64,000 nt of DNA from Pelagomonas calceolata. Taxonomy: Eukaryota. A model generated the notes under the pieces. The model had not been told where the DNA came from. It made no database searches and was given only the letters and a program-made list of their open reading frames with translations. This document shows, in pieces, positions 44,301 to 55,483 of the stretch; the stretch's first letter is position 1, and each line of letters opens with the position of its first letter. The position numbers were made by a program, and so were the translations under genes. The DNA is taken from assembly GCA_918797485.1 (NCBI GenBank), contig CAKKNE010000004.1, positions 124,001 through 188,000 of the forward strand, read 5' to 3'.

Positions 44301-47300
44301 CGCTGGCGCTGCAGTGCCTCGTGCGGCGGGCCTTCGCGTTCAAGGTCGCGCGGTCGCCGCGGCGGGACCGGCGCGCACGCCTGACGTTCGCCCGCGGGGC
44401 CGTGGCCGTGCTGGCCCACGAGAAGGCCGTGCGCGACGAGTGGCAGCGGCACACCGTCGCGCGCGTCGGAAGATTGCGGGCCTACGTCGGCGCGCGGACG
44501 ATTCAAGGATTAGCCCGGCGCGTTGCAGCGAAATCAGAGGTCGCGCGGCGGCGGGTCCAGGCGTGGAATGACTTGGTCCAGGCCGAGGACGACGAGCGGC
44601 GCGAGGCGATCGCGGCGGCGGAGGCTCGGCGAGAAGCCGCAGAGAGCGCGGCGGCGCTCGCCGAGGCGCGCGCCGCCGAGGTCCGCGCCGAGGCCGAGGC
44701 GCAGGCGCTCGCCGCCGAGGAGAAGGCGCGGGCCCGCGCGGCTGAGATCGAGGAGAAGTGCCGAGCCGCTGCTGAAGAGAAGCGGAAGGAACGGGAGGCG
44801 CGCATCGAGGCCGCGGCGCTTGCCGCGACGGAGCGGCTCGCGGCCCTCAGAGTGGAGGAGGAGAACGCCAGAGAAGCCGCCGAGGCCGAGTTCGAGGCGC
44901 GCCGCGCGGCCGAAGAACAGGCGGCGGAGCAGGCCGCGGCGCAGAGGCTCCAGGACCTGAAGGACGCGGAGGAGGCGGCGGCTCAGCGCGTTGCCGAGGC
45001 TGAAGAGGAGGCTAGAGAACGCGTCGCGGCCGAAGCTGAAAAGGTACGCCTCGAAGACGAGCGCCGGCGCGCGGAGGCTGCCGCGGAGTTACGGGCGACC
45101 GAAGCCGCCGCGACCGCGCGCATCGAAGAATTGCGCGCTGCCGAGCAAGCAGCCCGTGATAGGGACACCGAACTAGCGTCGGCGCGAGCCGCCCAGGAGC
45201 AGCGGGCGCGCGAGGAGGCCACTGAGAAGCTGCGGCGCGCCGAGGCCGCCGCGGCCGCCCGGCTCGAGGAGCTCAGAGAAGCAGAAGCGGCGGCGCAAGA
45301 GCGCGCGGCGTCGGCGGCGGCGCAACGGAAGTCCGAGGAGCAAGCCGAGTCTCAGCGGCGCGCTGCCGAGCTCCAAGCTGCCGAAGAAGCCGCCCAGAAA
45401 CGTCTCGACGCGTTGGAGAAAGCTGAGGCCGAGGCGCGCCTACGTATCGAGCAGGAGGGTGCGAAACGAGCAGCAGAGGCCCTAGAAGCGCGCGATGAGG
45501 CTCGCGCCGAGCGCCTGCGCGCCGACGAGGCGGCGGCCGAGCGGCTCGCGGAACTCATCGCGGCCGAGGAGGGCGCGCGCGAGCGCATCGAAAAAGAAGC
45601 TGAACGGTGCCTGGGCGAGGAGGCAGCTGCGCGCGACGAGGCCGCCGCGGAGATCCGGGCCGCTTCCGAAGATGCCGCGGCGCGGCTCGAGAAGTTACGC
45701 AAGGCCGAGGCAGCTTCAGATGATGCGGCGACGGAGAAACTCAGGCAGGCCGAGGCCGCCGCGGCCGCACGGATCGAGGAGTTAAAAGAAGCTGAAGCTG
45801 CGGCGCGCGAGCGCGCCGCGGCTCACGCGGCGCAACGGGCGGCTGACGAGGAGGCCGAGTCTCAGCGCCGCGCGGCCGAGTTACGGGCCGCGGAAGAGGC
45901 ATCCCAGAAGCGACTCGAGGCTTTGGAGAGAGCCGAGGAGGCGGCACGCTTGCGCATCGAGGAGGAAGGTGCAAATCGCGCTGCGGAGCTCGAGGCGCTG
46001 CGGGCGGAGGCCGCGCGCGAACAAGCGGCGGCCGCTGAGGCCCTGGCGACGCGCCAGCGCGAAGCCTTGCGAGAACAAGCGGCGGCCGCGGAAGCGCGCG
46101 AACGACACGCCGCGGCGCGCGAGAAGGCCGCTTCTCAGGCGACGTGCCCCCAGGCGGAGGTCGTCGAGGTTGCCGTGTCGCGCGCGGCGGCGGCGCCGAC
46201 GCAGCCGGCGCCCAAGAAGCGGGCCGATGTCGAGGCCCGCGCCAAGGCAACGGCCGAGGCCGTCGCCAGAGCGCAGCGCGCGGCGGCCGAGGCGACGGCG
46301 GCGCGCGAGCGCGTGGCCGCGGAGACTGCCGCGCGCGAGCAGGAGGCGGCGCGCGTCGCGGCCGAGCGGCGCCGCGCGGAGGAAGCTGCGCGCGTCGAGG
46401 CGCAAGCACGCGAAAGGCGCGCCCGCGTCGACGCGGCCAAGGAGGCGCGGCGCCGAGCCGACAGTGCTGCCCGCGCCGCGGCCGAGGCGCGAGCGCGCGC
46501 GGCGCGGTCGGCGGCCGAAGCGGAAACAAGGAGATTGCGGAGTGCCGAGCAGAAATTAGCTGAGAGTTCGCAAGCGTCGGAGGCGCGCCGCGCGGCCCGG
46601 CGTGAGGAAGCCAGGTTGACTGCGCGGCTCCAGACATCTCGTAGTGCGATCGTCGCCGAGGAGGCAATGGCGGCCGCCCGATTAGCCGCGCGGCGCGCGT
46701 CCGACGCCGCACAGCGCGGTGCCGATGCGATGCGCGAGACCCAAGCGCTGGAGTCTATTTCCTCGGCGCAAGCCGAAGCGAAGAGAATTGCGGACGCCGA
46801 GGAGGCGCGGTTGATGGAGGAGCTTGATAGAAAGAGATCTGAGGCCGAGGCCGAGGCGCAACGCATGAAGCTCGAAGTCGCTCGAAAGCGTGCTGAGGCC
46901 GAAGCGGAAGCACGACGCGTTCAGGCGGAGCTCGATGCGACAAAGCGAGCGGCCGATGAGGAAAAGGCGCAGCTAGAAGCCAAACTCGCGGAAGCGCGCC
47001 GAGCCGCTGACACCGAATCACAACGCTTGGTCGACTCGCGCCGCGAGAGCGCCCGGGCTAGGGCGGCGGAGGCGCGCGCCGCGGCTGACGCACTCGAGGC
47101 CGAGGGCCGAGCGAAGCGCCGCGCCGAGCAGGCCGCGGCGGCTGAGCGCGCGGCATCAGAGAAGCGCGCGCTCGCGGAACGCCGGGCGGAGGAGGAGCAG
47201 GCCGCCGCGGAACGACGCGCCGCCGACGCGCGCCGGCGGGCGGAGGCTCAAGCCGCCGCGGAGAAGCGAGCGCTCGAAGCCCGGAAAGCCCAGCGCCGCG

Positions 47301-48937
47301 CCGCCGAAGCCGAGGAGGAGCGCCGCGCCGCCGAGGAACGCGAGCGCCGGGCCGCCGAGGAACGCGCTGTCGAAGCACGATTAGCCGCCGAGCGCCGGGT
47401 CGCCGAGCGCAAGGCCCAAGAAGAATCCGACAGAAAGGCCGCCGCGGCAGCAGCGCAGAAGCTTGCGACGCGCCGCGCTCGCGAGGCCGCTCGCGGCGCC
47501 GAGGTCGTCGAGGTGGCCGTGGCGCGCAAAGCTAGCGTGCCTACGCAACCGGCTCCCAAGAGGCGATCGCCTATGAAGAAGTCGCCGCCGAAACGCCGCC
47601 AGTCGCTGGGCCGCGACCGCGACCTGCCACCGCCGTCGCCGCCGCCCGCCACGCGGAAGAGTGCGAAGAAGTCGCCACCGAAGCGCCGCCAGTCGCTGGG
47701 CCGCGACCTCCCGCCGCCGCCGCCGCCGCCGCCGGCACGCTCGGACCGCTCGCCGCTGTCGCCCTCGAACCGGCGGCGCTCGAAGAAGACGCCTCAGAAG
47801 GTGACGACGGCGACCCAGATGACGCCGCAACCTCCTGTCGCGCAGCGCTCCATCTCCTTCGAAAGTCCGCTGCCGACGGCCGACGCGCCGAGCGTGCGCC
47901 CGACGCCGCGGGCCTACCCGCCGCCGACGCCCGACTCGCGCGTTCACAAGGAGGCCATGCGGCGCCGGAGATTATCGGCAGCGACGCCGCCGCAGCGGAC
48001 ACGCAAGGTCTTCGACGCCTTTGACTTGACCGAAGAATCAGCCGCTAGAATGATTCAGAGTAGATGGAGGTGTCATGATGCATGCTGGCAGTTCTTCCTC
48101 GGGTTGGGCGCCGCCGTCGAAATCCAGCGGAGATTTCGAGGAATATTGGCGCGGTCGCCGTCGCGGTCGCCGGTGCGGCGCGGCGCGTCGCTGTCGCCGC
48201 TCCGGATCGCGCGCACCGTGTCTGCACCAGCTGCTGTCCAACAAAGCACGGTCGTCGTCGCCGTCGTGTTCCCGAACGAGGGCGTCCTCATCACGTGCCA
48301 GGCGCTGGTGCGGGGCCGCCGCGTGCGCGCGGCGTCCTACCGCCGGTCGCCGCCGCTCTGGTCCGTGCGCAAGCGCGCCGACGCTGCTGCGAAGAAAGCG
48401 ACTCCGTCTGCCACTCTGGGTGCGCGCTGCCGCAAGGCCTTGGCGCTCGTCGAATCCGGGGCACGACTGGAGGACGTGCGCGGCGCCTGCGCCGCGTTGG
48501 AATCTTCCACCCGGCTCTCGCCGTCGTGCTGTGAGGCGTTGGCGGCTTCTGATGGTGCCATAGCGGCCCTTCTTAAATTGGCACGCGCGTGCAACAGATC
48601 TCGACCGCACGTCGACCTCCTGACGCTTATGCTACGAACTTTAGCGAACGTTTCTGAAAGGTCGCCGACTTTGGCGTGCCGCGTCGCCGAGACGGAGCCC
48701 TGCGTCGACGTATTATTAGATCTGGTCCAAGTGTTCCGCGACCGGCCGGTGCCGTTTGGAATCGCCACCGGCCTGCTGACAACTTTGGCCGCGGCCGACA
48801 TCGGAGCCAGGAACGCGTGTGCGTCTCCTGCGGCCACCAAGCGATTGGCGTCTGTGGCAGCTCTGCTCAAGCTCCGCGACCATCACGCTCAGGGCGCAGC
48901 GCTGGCGGCTTTCCGCCGGACGCTCGCGACCGCGTGA
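41354..48937 (+). CDS. ASPM: Abnormal spindle (ASPM/Asp)-like protein; intron 41852-41998
   Basis: N-terminal Ig/ASH-like domain; CH-domain signatures DYDWRVRDFGRDLRDGVRLAR and LRVPAASRLPKLHNV; IQ motifs; long E/A/R coiled coil; C-terminal ACNRSRPH armadillo-like domain. Confidence 0.8.
41861..41998. mobile_element. Introner element, inverted relative to the 12105 copy
   Basis: CCGTGTGGAAATCAA...TTGATTCCCACACAG; core CGCGTCGATGGCGT at 41953; degenerate TSD GTTCGCGGC / GTGGCAGC. Confidence 0.85.
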
Positions 48938-48985
48938 ACCACACCTTACGATTAAGTTACCCTCTCCTTGATTAGATATGTACAC

Positions 48986-50728
48986 TTAGTCAATACACGG
49001 CAGCTCGTCGAGGCCCGCGTGCACCGGCAAGGGGAAAAATATGCGTATTTTGGCGAGCCAACCGCTTGGTGGCGGTAGTAGGACCGGCTCGTCGTCCGCA
49101 CAAGCCTTCCAGAAATACGCGCCCGCGGCGCGGATACGGCAGCTCCGTCCGCCACGCCCGTTCTCGGAGAGTCGCACCGTGGACTCCACAGCTTCTTGGC
49201 GCCAAGCTTCGTCGCCGACGGTCCCGGGCAGCTTGTCGTACTCAATAACGAACGGTTCTGACGATGCCGCACGCGCCTCTGCCAGAACGCGTCGTAACTC
49301 GAGCGCGGGGACTGTGTATGGGCTGAACGGATGCGGCAGGGACTCTCTGAACCTTTGGCCGAGCACTATCATAACCGTAGGCATGAATTGAATCGCGGCG
49401 TGTCCCGCCCCCTCCAGGAGCTCGACGGCGCGTGGCGGCAGTAGTTCCGAGGTTTCACCCGGATACAAGTTGTTGATGTAAGAACTGGTGCTTCGTGTCA
49501 CGCGGACGATGTTCGGCGTGGCCATTGGCATGAACAGATGGTTGCTGCCGCCGTGAGCGCGAATCTGCGAGAACGGCGACGTTGCGCTGATGTCCATTAA
49601 TCCTAGTGGCAACGCGGCGAAGACGTAGAAGAGAACCAGTGCGAGCAATGCGGCATTGCCGGTTTTCCGAAGGCGTCCCGTATTTTTGCGGAAAGGCTCT
49701 GCCCGCGCGAGGTCGAGCGTCACCGCACGGACGCCCAACAGACACAACGCCGTCACCGCGGGCAGGGCCCAGTCGACCACGCCGGGAGGTGTGTTGCCGT
49801 CGAATGTCGTCGATGCGGCCACGACCGCGATGGCAGCTAGCCGCGCAACGAACCCACCGAGCGTCAAGGGCATTGATAGCACCTCTTGAATCGCGGCGCT
49901 CCAGGCCTCGGGCAGCGCGAAGAACATGCGTACCATACAAAACGCGCCGAAGGCCGGAACTGCGTTCGGGGCCGGCGTGATGGCGATCGTGAAGTGCAGA
50001 ATGGCCGCGAGGACGACGCCGACGCGCCGCGCCCGGTGCACCGGTATAAGGAGACACGTTCCGAGTAGGAGCTCGCCCCCGGCCGTGAGGCGCGGCGCGG
50101 ATCGGATGGCCAATTGAACCAATCGCGTTGGCATGGAAGGCGCCATTCCGAATAGAGACGACATGTAAATACAAGCGCACGACACTTTCGGGCTGAGGAA
50201 CGCCGTGTTCATCTTCCAGAAACCGGATCCAAAGTAAAAGAGACCTACAACAGTCCGGACCGGGCCCGCGCTCTGGCGGATCGCGTCGCGGTCGGGTGCC
50301 GTGATCGCGTTGATAACGAACGCCAGGTCTGCTAGCGTCGCCCAATAATTGCTCTCCCAGATGGCCGGCGCTTGCGCGAAGTACATGGCGCTTCTGGCGA
50401 GGAATGCGGCGGCGAACGTCCACGCGTTCGGCACGAGGAACGCGAGGGCGAAGGCCGCGAGTTGTGGGTACACAAACGTCGCAAAGCCGCCCTGTGGAAT
50501 CAGAAATTGGTCGTGGAAGAGTAAGAGCACCTCCACGAGCACCCACAACCGCATGTACGTCTTCAGGTGCGCCGCGTCGTCCAGACACGTCGATTGCACG
50601 CGGTTTCGGAGCGACGGCGGGCACTTAATACCTAATTTTCTCGGCGTCACCGGCTTGAATAACTTGATGGCTGGCGAGCCTAGGCTGTCGTCGTCGCGGT
50701 TTACGGCCGACGTCGGCGTTTCCTTCAT
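48986..50728 (-). CDS. Polytopic membrane protein, possibly HTTM-like
   Basis: Many TM segments; GLFYFGSGFWKMN resembles the HTTM Y..SG..K motif. Confidence 0.55.
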   Translation of the reverse strand: MKETPTSAVNRDDDSLGSPAIKLFKPVTPRKLGIKCPPSLRNRVQSTCLDDAAHLKTYMRLWVLVEVLLLFHDQFLIPQGGFATFVYPQLAAFALAFLVPNAWTFAAAFLARSAMYFAQAPAIWESNYWATLADLAFVINAITAPDRDAIRQSAGPVRTVVGLFYFGSGFWKMNTAFLSPKVSCACIYMSSLFGMAPSMPTRLVQLAIRSAPRLTAGGELLLGTCLLIPVHRARRVGVVLAAILHFTIAITPAPNAVPAFGAFCMVRMFFALPEAWSAAIQEVLSMPLTLGGFVARLAAIAVVAASTTFDGNTPPGVVDWALPAVTALCLLGVRAVTLDLARAEPFRKNTGRLRKTGNAALLALVLFYVFAALPLGLMDISATSPFSQIRAHGGSNHLFMPMATPNIVRVTRSTSSYINNLYPGETSELLPPRAVELLEGAGHAAIQFMPTVMIVLGQRFRESLPHPFSPYTVPALELRRVLAEARAASSEPFVIEYDKLPGTVGDEAWRQEAVESTVRLSENGRGGRSCRIRAAGAYFWKACADDEPVLLPPPSGWLAKIRIFFPLPVHAGLDELPCID

Positions 50729-51164
50729 TCTATATGTGTCGCGTCGTAGCAATTGGACCGCTTAAGTACTCTCTCTTTGGGCTCGTTTGCGCGCGCCGGG
50801 CCTGCTCGTTTGCGGGCGGCCGCGCCTGGCTCCCTATCAATTGATCTAAGGAGAAAATATTTAGGAAATTTATTAAGCAGAGTTCTCCCGATCGGGCGTG
50901 GCTCCGCGCGGGACCAGTCGTGTTTTCAAGAAGCTAAGATGAGTAGCTCGCCGCAACCGGTCGCCTATCGTGGACCAAGTGACTCCCGGAAGAGCAAGCC
51001 AACCTAGCGTATTGTAAGACACTAGCGACCGAATCGACGAATCGAGACAGGCTGCACAAGGGGTAAAATTAGAAGCCCTTGGCTGCACAGCAGTCATCGA
51101 GCAAGTCCTAGCACCGTAACAGATAAGACACTGCAGTTCTACGCCCGACGCCGCCGCCGTGGAG

Positions 51165-51298
51165 CCCTAACCCTAACCCTAACCCTAACCCTAACCCTAA
51201 CCCTAACCCTAACCCTAACCCTAACCCTAACCCTAACCCTAACCCTAACCCTAACCCTAACCCTAACCCTAACCCTAACCCTAACCCAACCCTAACCC
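51165..51298 (+). repeat. Interstitial telomeric repeat (CCCTAA)20 plus degenerate units
   Basis: Perfect CCCTAA from 51165 to 51284, then CCCAA CCCTAA CCC. Confidence 0.98.
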
Positions 51299-51303
51299 GC
51301 TGA

Positions 51304-51781
51304 AGACTACCCACAACCTCACCGAACACCACCTACAACCTCCATCCTGACATTTAACACTAACATCCAGCCCCAGGGCCCTTCGGGCCCTGGGGCGCAG
51401 GGCCCTTCGGGCCCTGCCCGGGGAGCTAGTAACCCAACCCTAACCCACTAAAGACTACCCATAACCTTACGAAACACTAATCACAACCTCAATCCTGACA
51501 CAAAACACTAACATCCAACCCAAGGGGCTGGAAGGGCCCTTCGGGCCCTTCGGGCCGAACCCTACCCCATGCCACCAGAGACTACCCATAACCTCACGAA
51601 ACACTATTCACAACCTCAATCCTGACACAAAATACTAACATCCAGCCCAAGGGGCTGGAAGGGCCCTTCGGGCCCTTCGGGCCCGAACCCTAACCCTATG
51701 TCCAGCACCGGCCACCAAAGACTACCCATAACCTCACCAAACACTGTTCACAACCTTAATCCTGAGACTGAATACTAACAT
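51304..51781 (+). repeat. Four ~127-148-bp tandem subtelomere-like units (last one truncated)
   Basis: Units start AGACTACCCA at 51304, 51452, 51579, 51719; shared CACAACCTCAATCCTGAC..ACTAACAT; GGGCCCTTCGGGCC in the first three. Confidence 0.9.
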
Positions 51782-51948
51782 GCACGATGGATTGGGAGGC
51801 TCTGCCTGCCAGTGGCAGTGCCAGCCTCCTCGTGAGATTGGCCCAGGCCAGGGCCTGGGCCAGCCTCCTCTGGCTTGATCGTTGGATCAAAACCGAGACC
51901 CCTACTCTCTCGCCGCCGTTGGGTAGAAATCCACGTACCTAGATACTA

Positions 51949-54105
51949 TTACTCGCTCGGCATCGGGTCCGGCTCCAGCGCCAACTCGGCGTCCGCGAGC
52001 GCCTCGCGGAACGCCTCGAACTCCGTCGAAGGGACGCGGTCAAACGGCAGCAGCGCGGCGCACATGGCCACGTACGAATCCAGCGTCTTGAGCGCCTTCT
52101 GCCGCGCGGGCCGCAGCAGCGCTCTTCGCGTCGACGCCTGCTCCAAAAAAGCGTGGCACGTGCGCCGCAGCGCCTCGTCCGTCGCCGGCGCGTCGTCCGC
52201 GGCGGCGCGCGCGGCGCCCGCGAGCGCCTCGGGCTGGGCCCAGGGCGCGCCCTTGCACGCGCGCAGTTGCGCCGGCGCCGCGTCTGCCGCGGCGACGCCC
52301 GGCGGCAGCGCGTCCCGCATGCACCGCAGCGCGTCCACGTAGGGCCCGGCGAGCGCCCGGTGCGCGAGCGCGACGACGCGCGCGCACGCACTTCGCAGCG
52401 CGTCCTCGAGTTGTTTCTTCGCGTCGATGGCGCGCGCGTCGTCCAGTTGCTCCGACGCCTGCCGCCGCCCGAAGAGCCGGCCCAGTACGCCCGCGCGCTT
52501 CTCGGGCCGCTTCTTCGCGACAACGCCGGGCCCGAGCCGCGCGCCGAGGGGCGCCACCTTCTCCCGCAGCACCAACAGATGTGCGACCGCGAACAACTGC
52601 AGTTCCAAGGGCGGCGCCTTGAACGCCGCCAGGCGGCGCTGCGCTTCAGATAATTGCGCGACGACGCCGGACACGGCGAGGCGCGCGAGGTCGTCGAAGG
52701 CCGCGCCGTCGACGCGCGCGGCCTTGGCGTCCGTGAGCGCCTTTAGCACGTCGCGCAGCGGCGCGAACCACTGCTTCGGCTTTAAAGCTCTCCGCAGCTC
52801 GTCGTCCGTAATTTGGGACGACGTCGCCGCGCGCACGCGCGCGTGGGCGAGGTCCGCGGCGCGGCGCTGCGCCTCCAAGCGGATCTCCTCGAGCGCCGTC
52901 CCCGTCGCGTCGGCCGCGCCGTGCGCTCGACACGCCGCCACGACGCTCCCGATTTCCCCAAAGTCGTCGAGGCGGCGGACCTGAGAGACGGCCGCGTCGC
53001 GCACCTCGTTCGCGAGCGTCTGCAGCGCCGCGTCGCGCGCATCCGCGGCCGCCTCGGCGAGGCCCGCCTCCGTCGCGAAGATGGTCGAATGGAGCTGGGC
53101 CTCGCGGTCGCACCGCGCGCGGCACGCGCGTGCGCCGTTTTCCAACAATTCGAGGCACGTGCTTTGCTTGAGCGAAGCCTCGACCTCCTGCTGGCACCTC
53201 GGCAGTCGGGAATTCCAGTAGGTCGTCTGGATCGCGTTGAAGGCGTCGGCCGCCGCTTTCTCCACGGACGCGTCGGCGAACGGCCCCCGTAACAGCGCGA
53301 GGAGCCGCGCGAGCTTGGGCGCGCGCTCCAACACCGCGGCGTCGTCGTCACTTGAAGCCGCCCGCTTCAACGCCACGTCCGCCGCCGCACTGATCGTGGC
53401 GCAGACCTGCCGCCGTTTCCGCCTGAGTACGTCCAGCGCGGCGGCCTCGTCGCGGAAGGTCGGTTCGCTTTTCGAAGCGACACGCCGTATTTTCGCGTCG
53501 AGTTGCACGACGCTCGCCACGAAGTCGTCCACCTCGCCCTCGTCGCCGTCGACCGCGACGCTCCCGACGTCGACGGGCTCGAGGTCGAAGAGCGCCTCGT
53601 CGTAGCTTTCCGCCTCCAACACCAGCTTGCGCTGGGCCGCCACGATGGCGTCGCAGGCCGCGGCGACGTCCAAAGCAGCCGCGCGGCTCTTGGCCGCGCC
53701 GCCGCCGATCGCGCGGACGCGCTGCAGGGAGTCGGCGACGGACCGCGCGAAGTCCCGACATCGCGCGCCCTCGTCCTCTAGAATGGCGATGCGTTTCTCC
53801 AGCTCGCGCTCCGCCTCCAAATCCTCGCCTCGCGCTTGCGCGACGGCCGCGTAGTCGATCCTCGCCGCTTGTTGATACGTTGCGGCGAGGCCCACCCTAT
53901 GAGCGTTGACGCGCGCGTCGGCGTCGAAAGGCGCGGCTTGCACGACGGCTCGGAGGCGCGCGGTCGCGGCCTCGACGCGGGTCGCCGCGCCGTCGTAGCG
54001 CGCGGACGGAGCGGGGCGCGGCGGGACCGGCGGCGCCGCTGCGCAGGGCTTGCAGACGACCGCCGTCGGCGGCGGTGGACGGCTCGCATCCCCGGACGTC
54101 GACAT
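51949..54105 (-). CDS. COG3: Conserved oligomeric Golgi complex subunit 3-like
   Basis: WFAPLRDVL, FDDLARLAV, QLFAVAHLLVLREKVAPL and DAKKQLEDALRSAC match COG3 C-terminal motifs. Confidence 0.7.
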   Translation of the reverse strand: MSTSGDASRPPPPTAVVCKPCAAAPPVPPRPAPSARYDGAATRVEAATARLRAVVQAAPFDADARVNAHRVGLAATYQQAARIDYAAVAQARGEDLEAERELEKRIAILEDEGARCRDFARSVADSLQRVRAIGGGAAKSRAAALDVAAACDAIVAAQRKLVLEAESYDEALFDLEPVDVGSVAVDGDEGEVDDFVASVVQLDAKIRRVASKSEPTFRDEAAALDVLRRKRRQVCATISAAADVALKRAASSDDDAAVLERAPKLARLLALLRGPFADASVEKAAADAFNAIQTTYWNSRLPRCQQEVEASLKQSTCLELLENGARACRARCDREAQLHSTIFATEAGLAEAAADARDAALQTLANEVRDAAVSQVRRLDDFGEIGSVVAACRAHGAADATGTALEEIRLEAQRRAADLAHARVRAATSSQITDDELRRALKPKQWFAPLRDVLKALTDAKAARVDGAAFDDLARLAVSGVVAQLSEAQRRLAAFKAPPLELQLFAVAHLLVLREKVAPLGARLGPGVVAKKRPEKRAGVLGRLFGRRQASEQLDDARAIDAKKQLEDALRSACARVVALAHRALAGPYVDALRCMRDALPPGVAAADAAPAQLRACKGAPWAQPEALAGAARAAADDAPATDEALRRTCHAFLEQASTRRALLRPARQKALKTLDSYVAMCAALLPFDRVPSTEFEAFREALADAELALEPDPMPSE

Positions 54106-54540
54106 GAGGCTGCGTCGAGCGGTGTCCGGGGGTTTCAGGGCTTGCTGCGGCGCCGGGCGCGGCGTAGCTGCGGGAGCGCTGGGTCGCTGGGATTTTGAGG
54201 CTAAAATGCAACCTGCTCGACGTCTACTTGCCGCGCAGGCGAGAGAAGCGGTGGCCCTTTTTTTGGTGCTTGCTAGTGTCTTACTGGCCGCTAGCTCTTG
54301 AACGCTTTGTGCTAGCCGTACACGAGCGCGCGTGGCGCCGGCAGTCCTGCTCTCGACACTCTCGACAACGCCTGTAGCGAGCTCAACGATTTTTGGGTCG
54401 ATAGGCCAGCTGTGGCAAGGCTGAGAGCTGCACTGCAGCTTGCGCTGCTGTCATTTGCGTCGCACGTGTCGTCGCATTGGTGAAAATAACGGCCCACTGG
54501 CATCGTCTTCGAAGAAACAACGACGGCGCGGCAACTCCTC

Positions 54541-55356
54541 ATGCTCGCCGCGGCGCGCGCCTGGCACCGCTGCCAGGGACCGCTGCGGACGGCCGTGCGC
54601 GCGCGGGCCTCGAAGGGCGACGACCTCGACGAATTGGCAAAGCGTCTGGGCCACCGCTGGAACAACGTCGAGCGCCTGCGAAGCGCCGTGTCGCACCCGG
54701 CGCACAGACCACCAGGTGAAGTCGACCGCTACAAGGCGAAGCGCTTTGAGAGGTTCGAGTTCTTGGGGGATCGGGTCCTGAATTTGGTAATAGCGGAATA
54801 CCTGCACGAGACGTACCCGAACGAGGACGAGGCGACGGCGAACCTGCGGATAATGAAGTTGATAAGGAGCGAAGCTCTACTAGCAGTCGGCCGCGGCTGG
54901 CGGCTCCCAAGCCCGCCGGGCTTCAGCGCCCCAACCGGCAGCAATGGGATCACGGCGGACACGGTCGAGAGCGTTGTCGCCGCAGTTTTTAGAGACGCCG
55001 GCTACGAGGCGGCCAGAGATTTTGTGAGAAACGCGTGGGCCCCGCTGCTCGCAGAGATGGACAGAGAGGGCCCTCCGGGCAAGGACGCCAAGACGAGGTT
55101 AGGAGAGGTCGCGAACGAGCGCGGCGTGCCTCAACCCAAATACGAGGTCGTCGCGCGGGGCGGGAAGTCCCACCAGCCCGAGTTCACGGTGCGCGGCCAC
55201 TTCGACGGCATCAGCGAGGTGGCGACGGCGCGGGCGGCCGGCGGCCGACGGCCACGACGGCGCGCGGAGATGCTGGCCGCGGAGAAAATCCTTCGGCGCC
55301 TCGAGGAGCTCGACAAGGACGAGGACGTGAGGAAGGCGCTGCGAGGGCTCGGGTAA
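54541..55356 (+). CDS. rnc: Bacterial-type ribonuclease III (probably organellar)
   Basis: FERFEFLGDRVL, ADTVESVVAAVFRD; dsRBD KDAKTRL.E....PKY....GKSHQPEFTV. Confidence 0.9.
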   Translation: MLAAARAWHRCQGPLRTAVRARASKGDDLDELAKRLGHRWNNVERLRSAVSHPAHRPPGEVDRYKAKRFERFEFLGDRVLNLVIAEYLHETYPNEDEATANLRIMKLIRSEALLAVGRGWRLPSPPGFSAPTGSNGITADTVESVVAAVFRDAGYEAARDFVRNAWAPLLAEMDREGPPGKDAKTRLGEVANERGVPQPKYEVVARGGKSHQPEFTVRGHFDGISEVATARAAGGRRPRRRAEMLAAEKILRRLEELDKDEDVRKALRGLG

Positions 55357-55483
55357 ATTTTCTAGAATACGTTGTCGCTTGGAGGCTGTCTCGACCGGCG
55401 ACTGCTCGTCGCAGTGCTTCCGTCGAGACCTGACTTCCACGCCACCTGACGCTAGAGATACGTGGATTACGCACGGAAACCCC

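Noticed and set aside
51108..51332. ORF with poly(GL)
   Set aside because: It is only the translation of the TTAGGG repeat
51304..51781. CRISPR-like array (palindromic repeats with spacers)
   Set aside because: The segments between hairpins are homologous to each other rather than unique spacers; eukaryotic context; no cas genes
51304..51910. Hammerhead ribozymes as in Penelope-like elements
   Set aside because: No CTGANGA...GAAA core in the right order on either strand by eye
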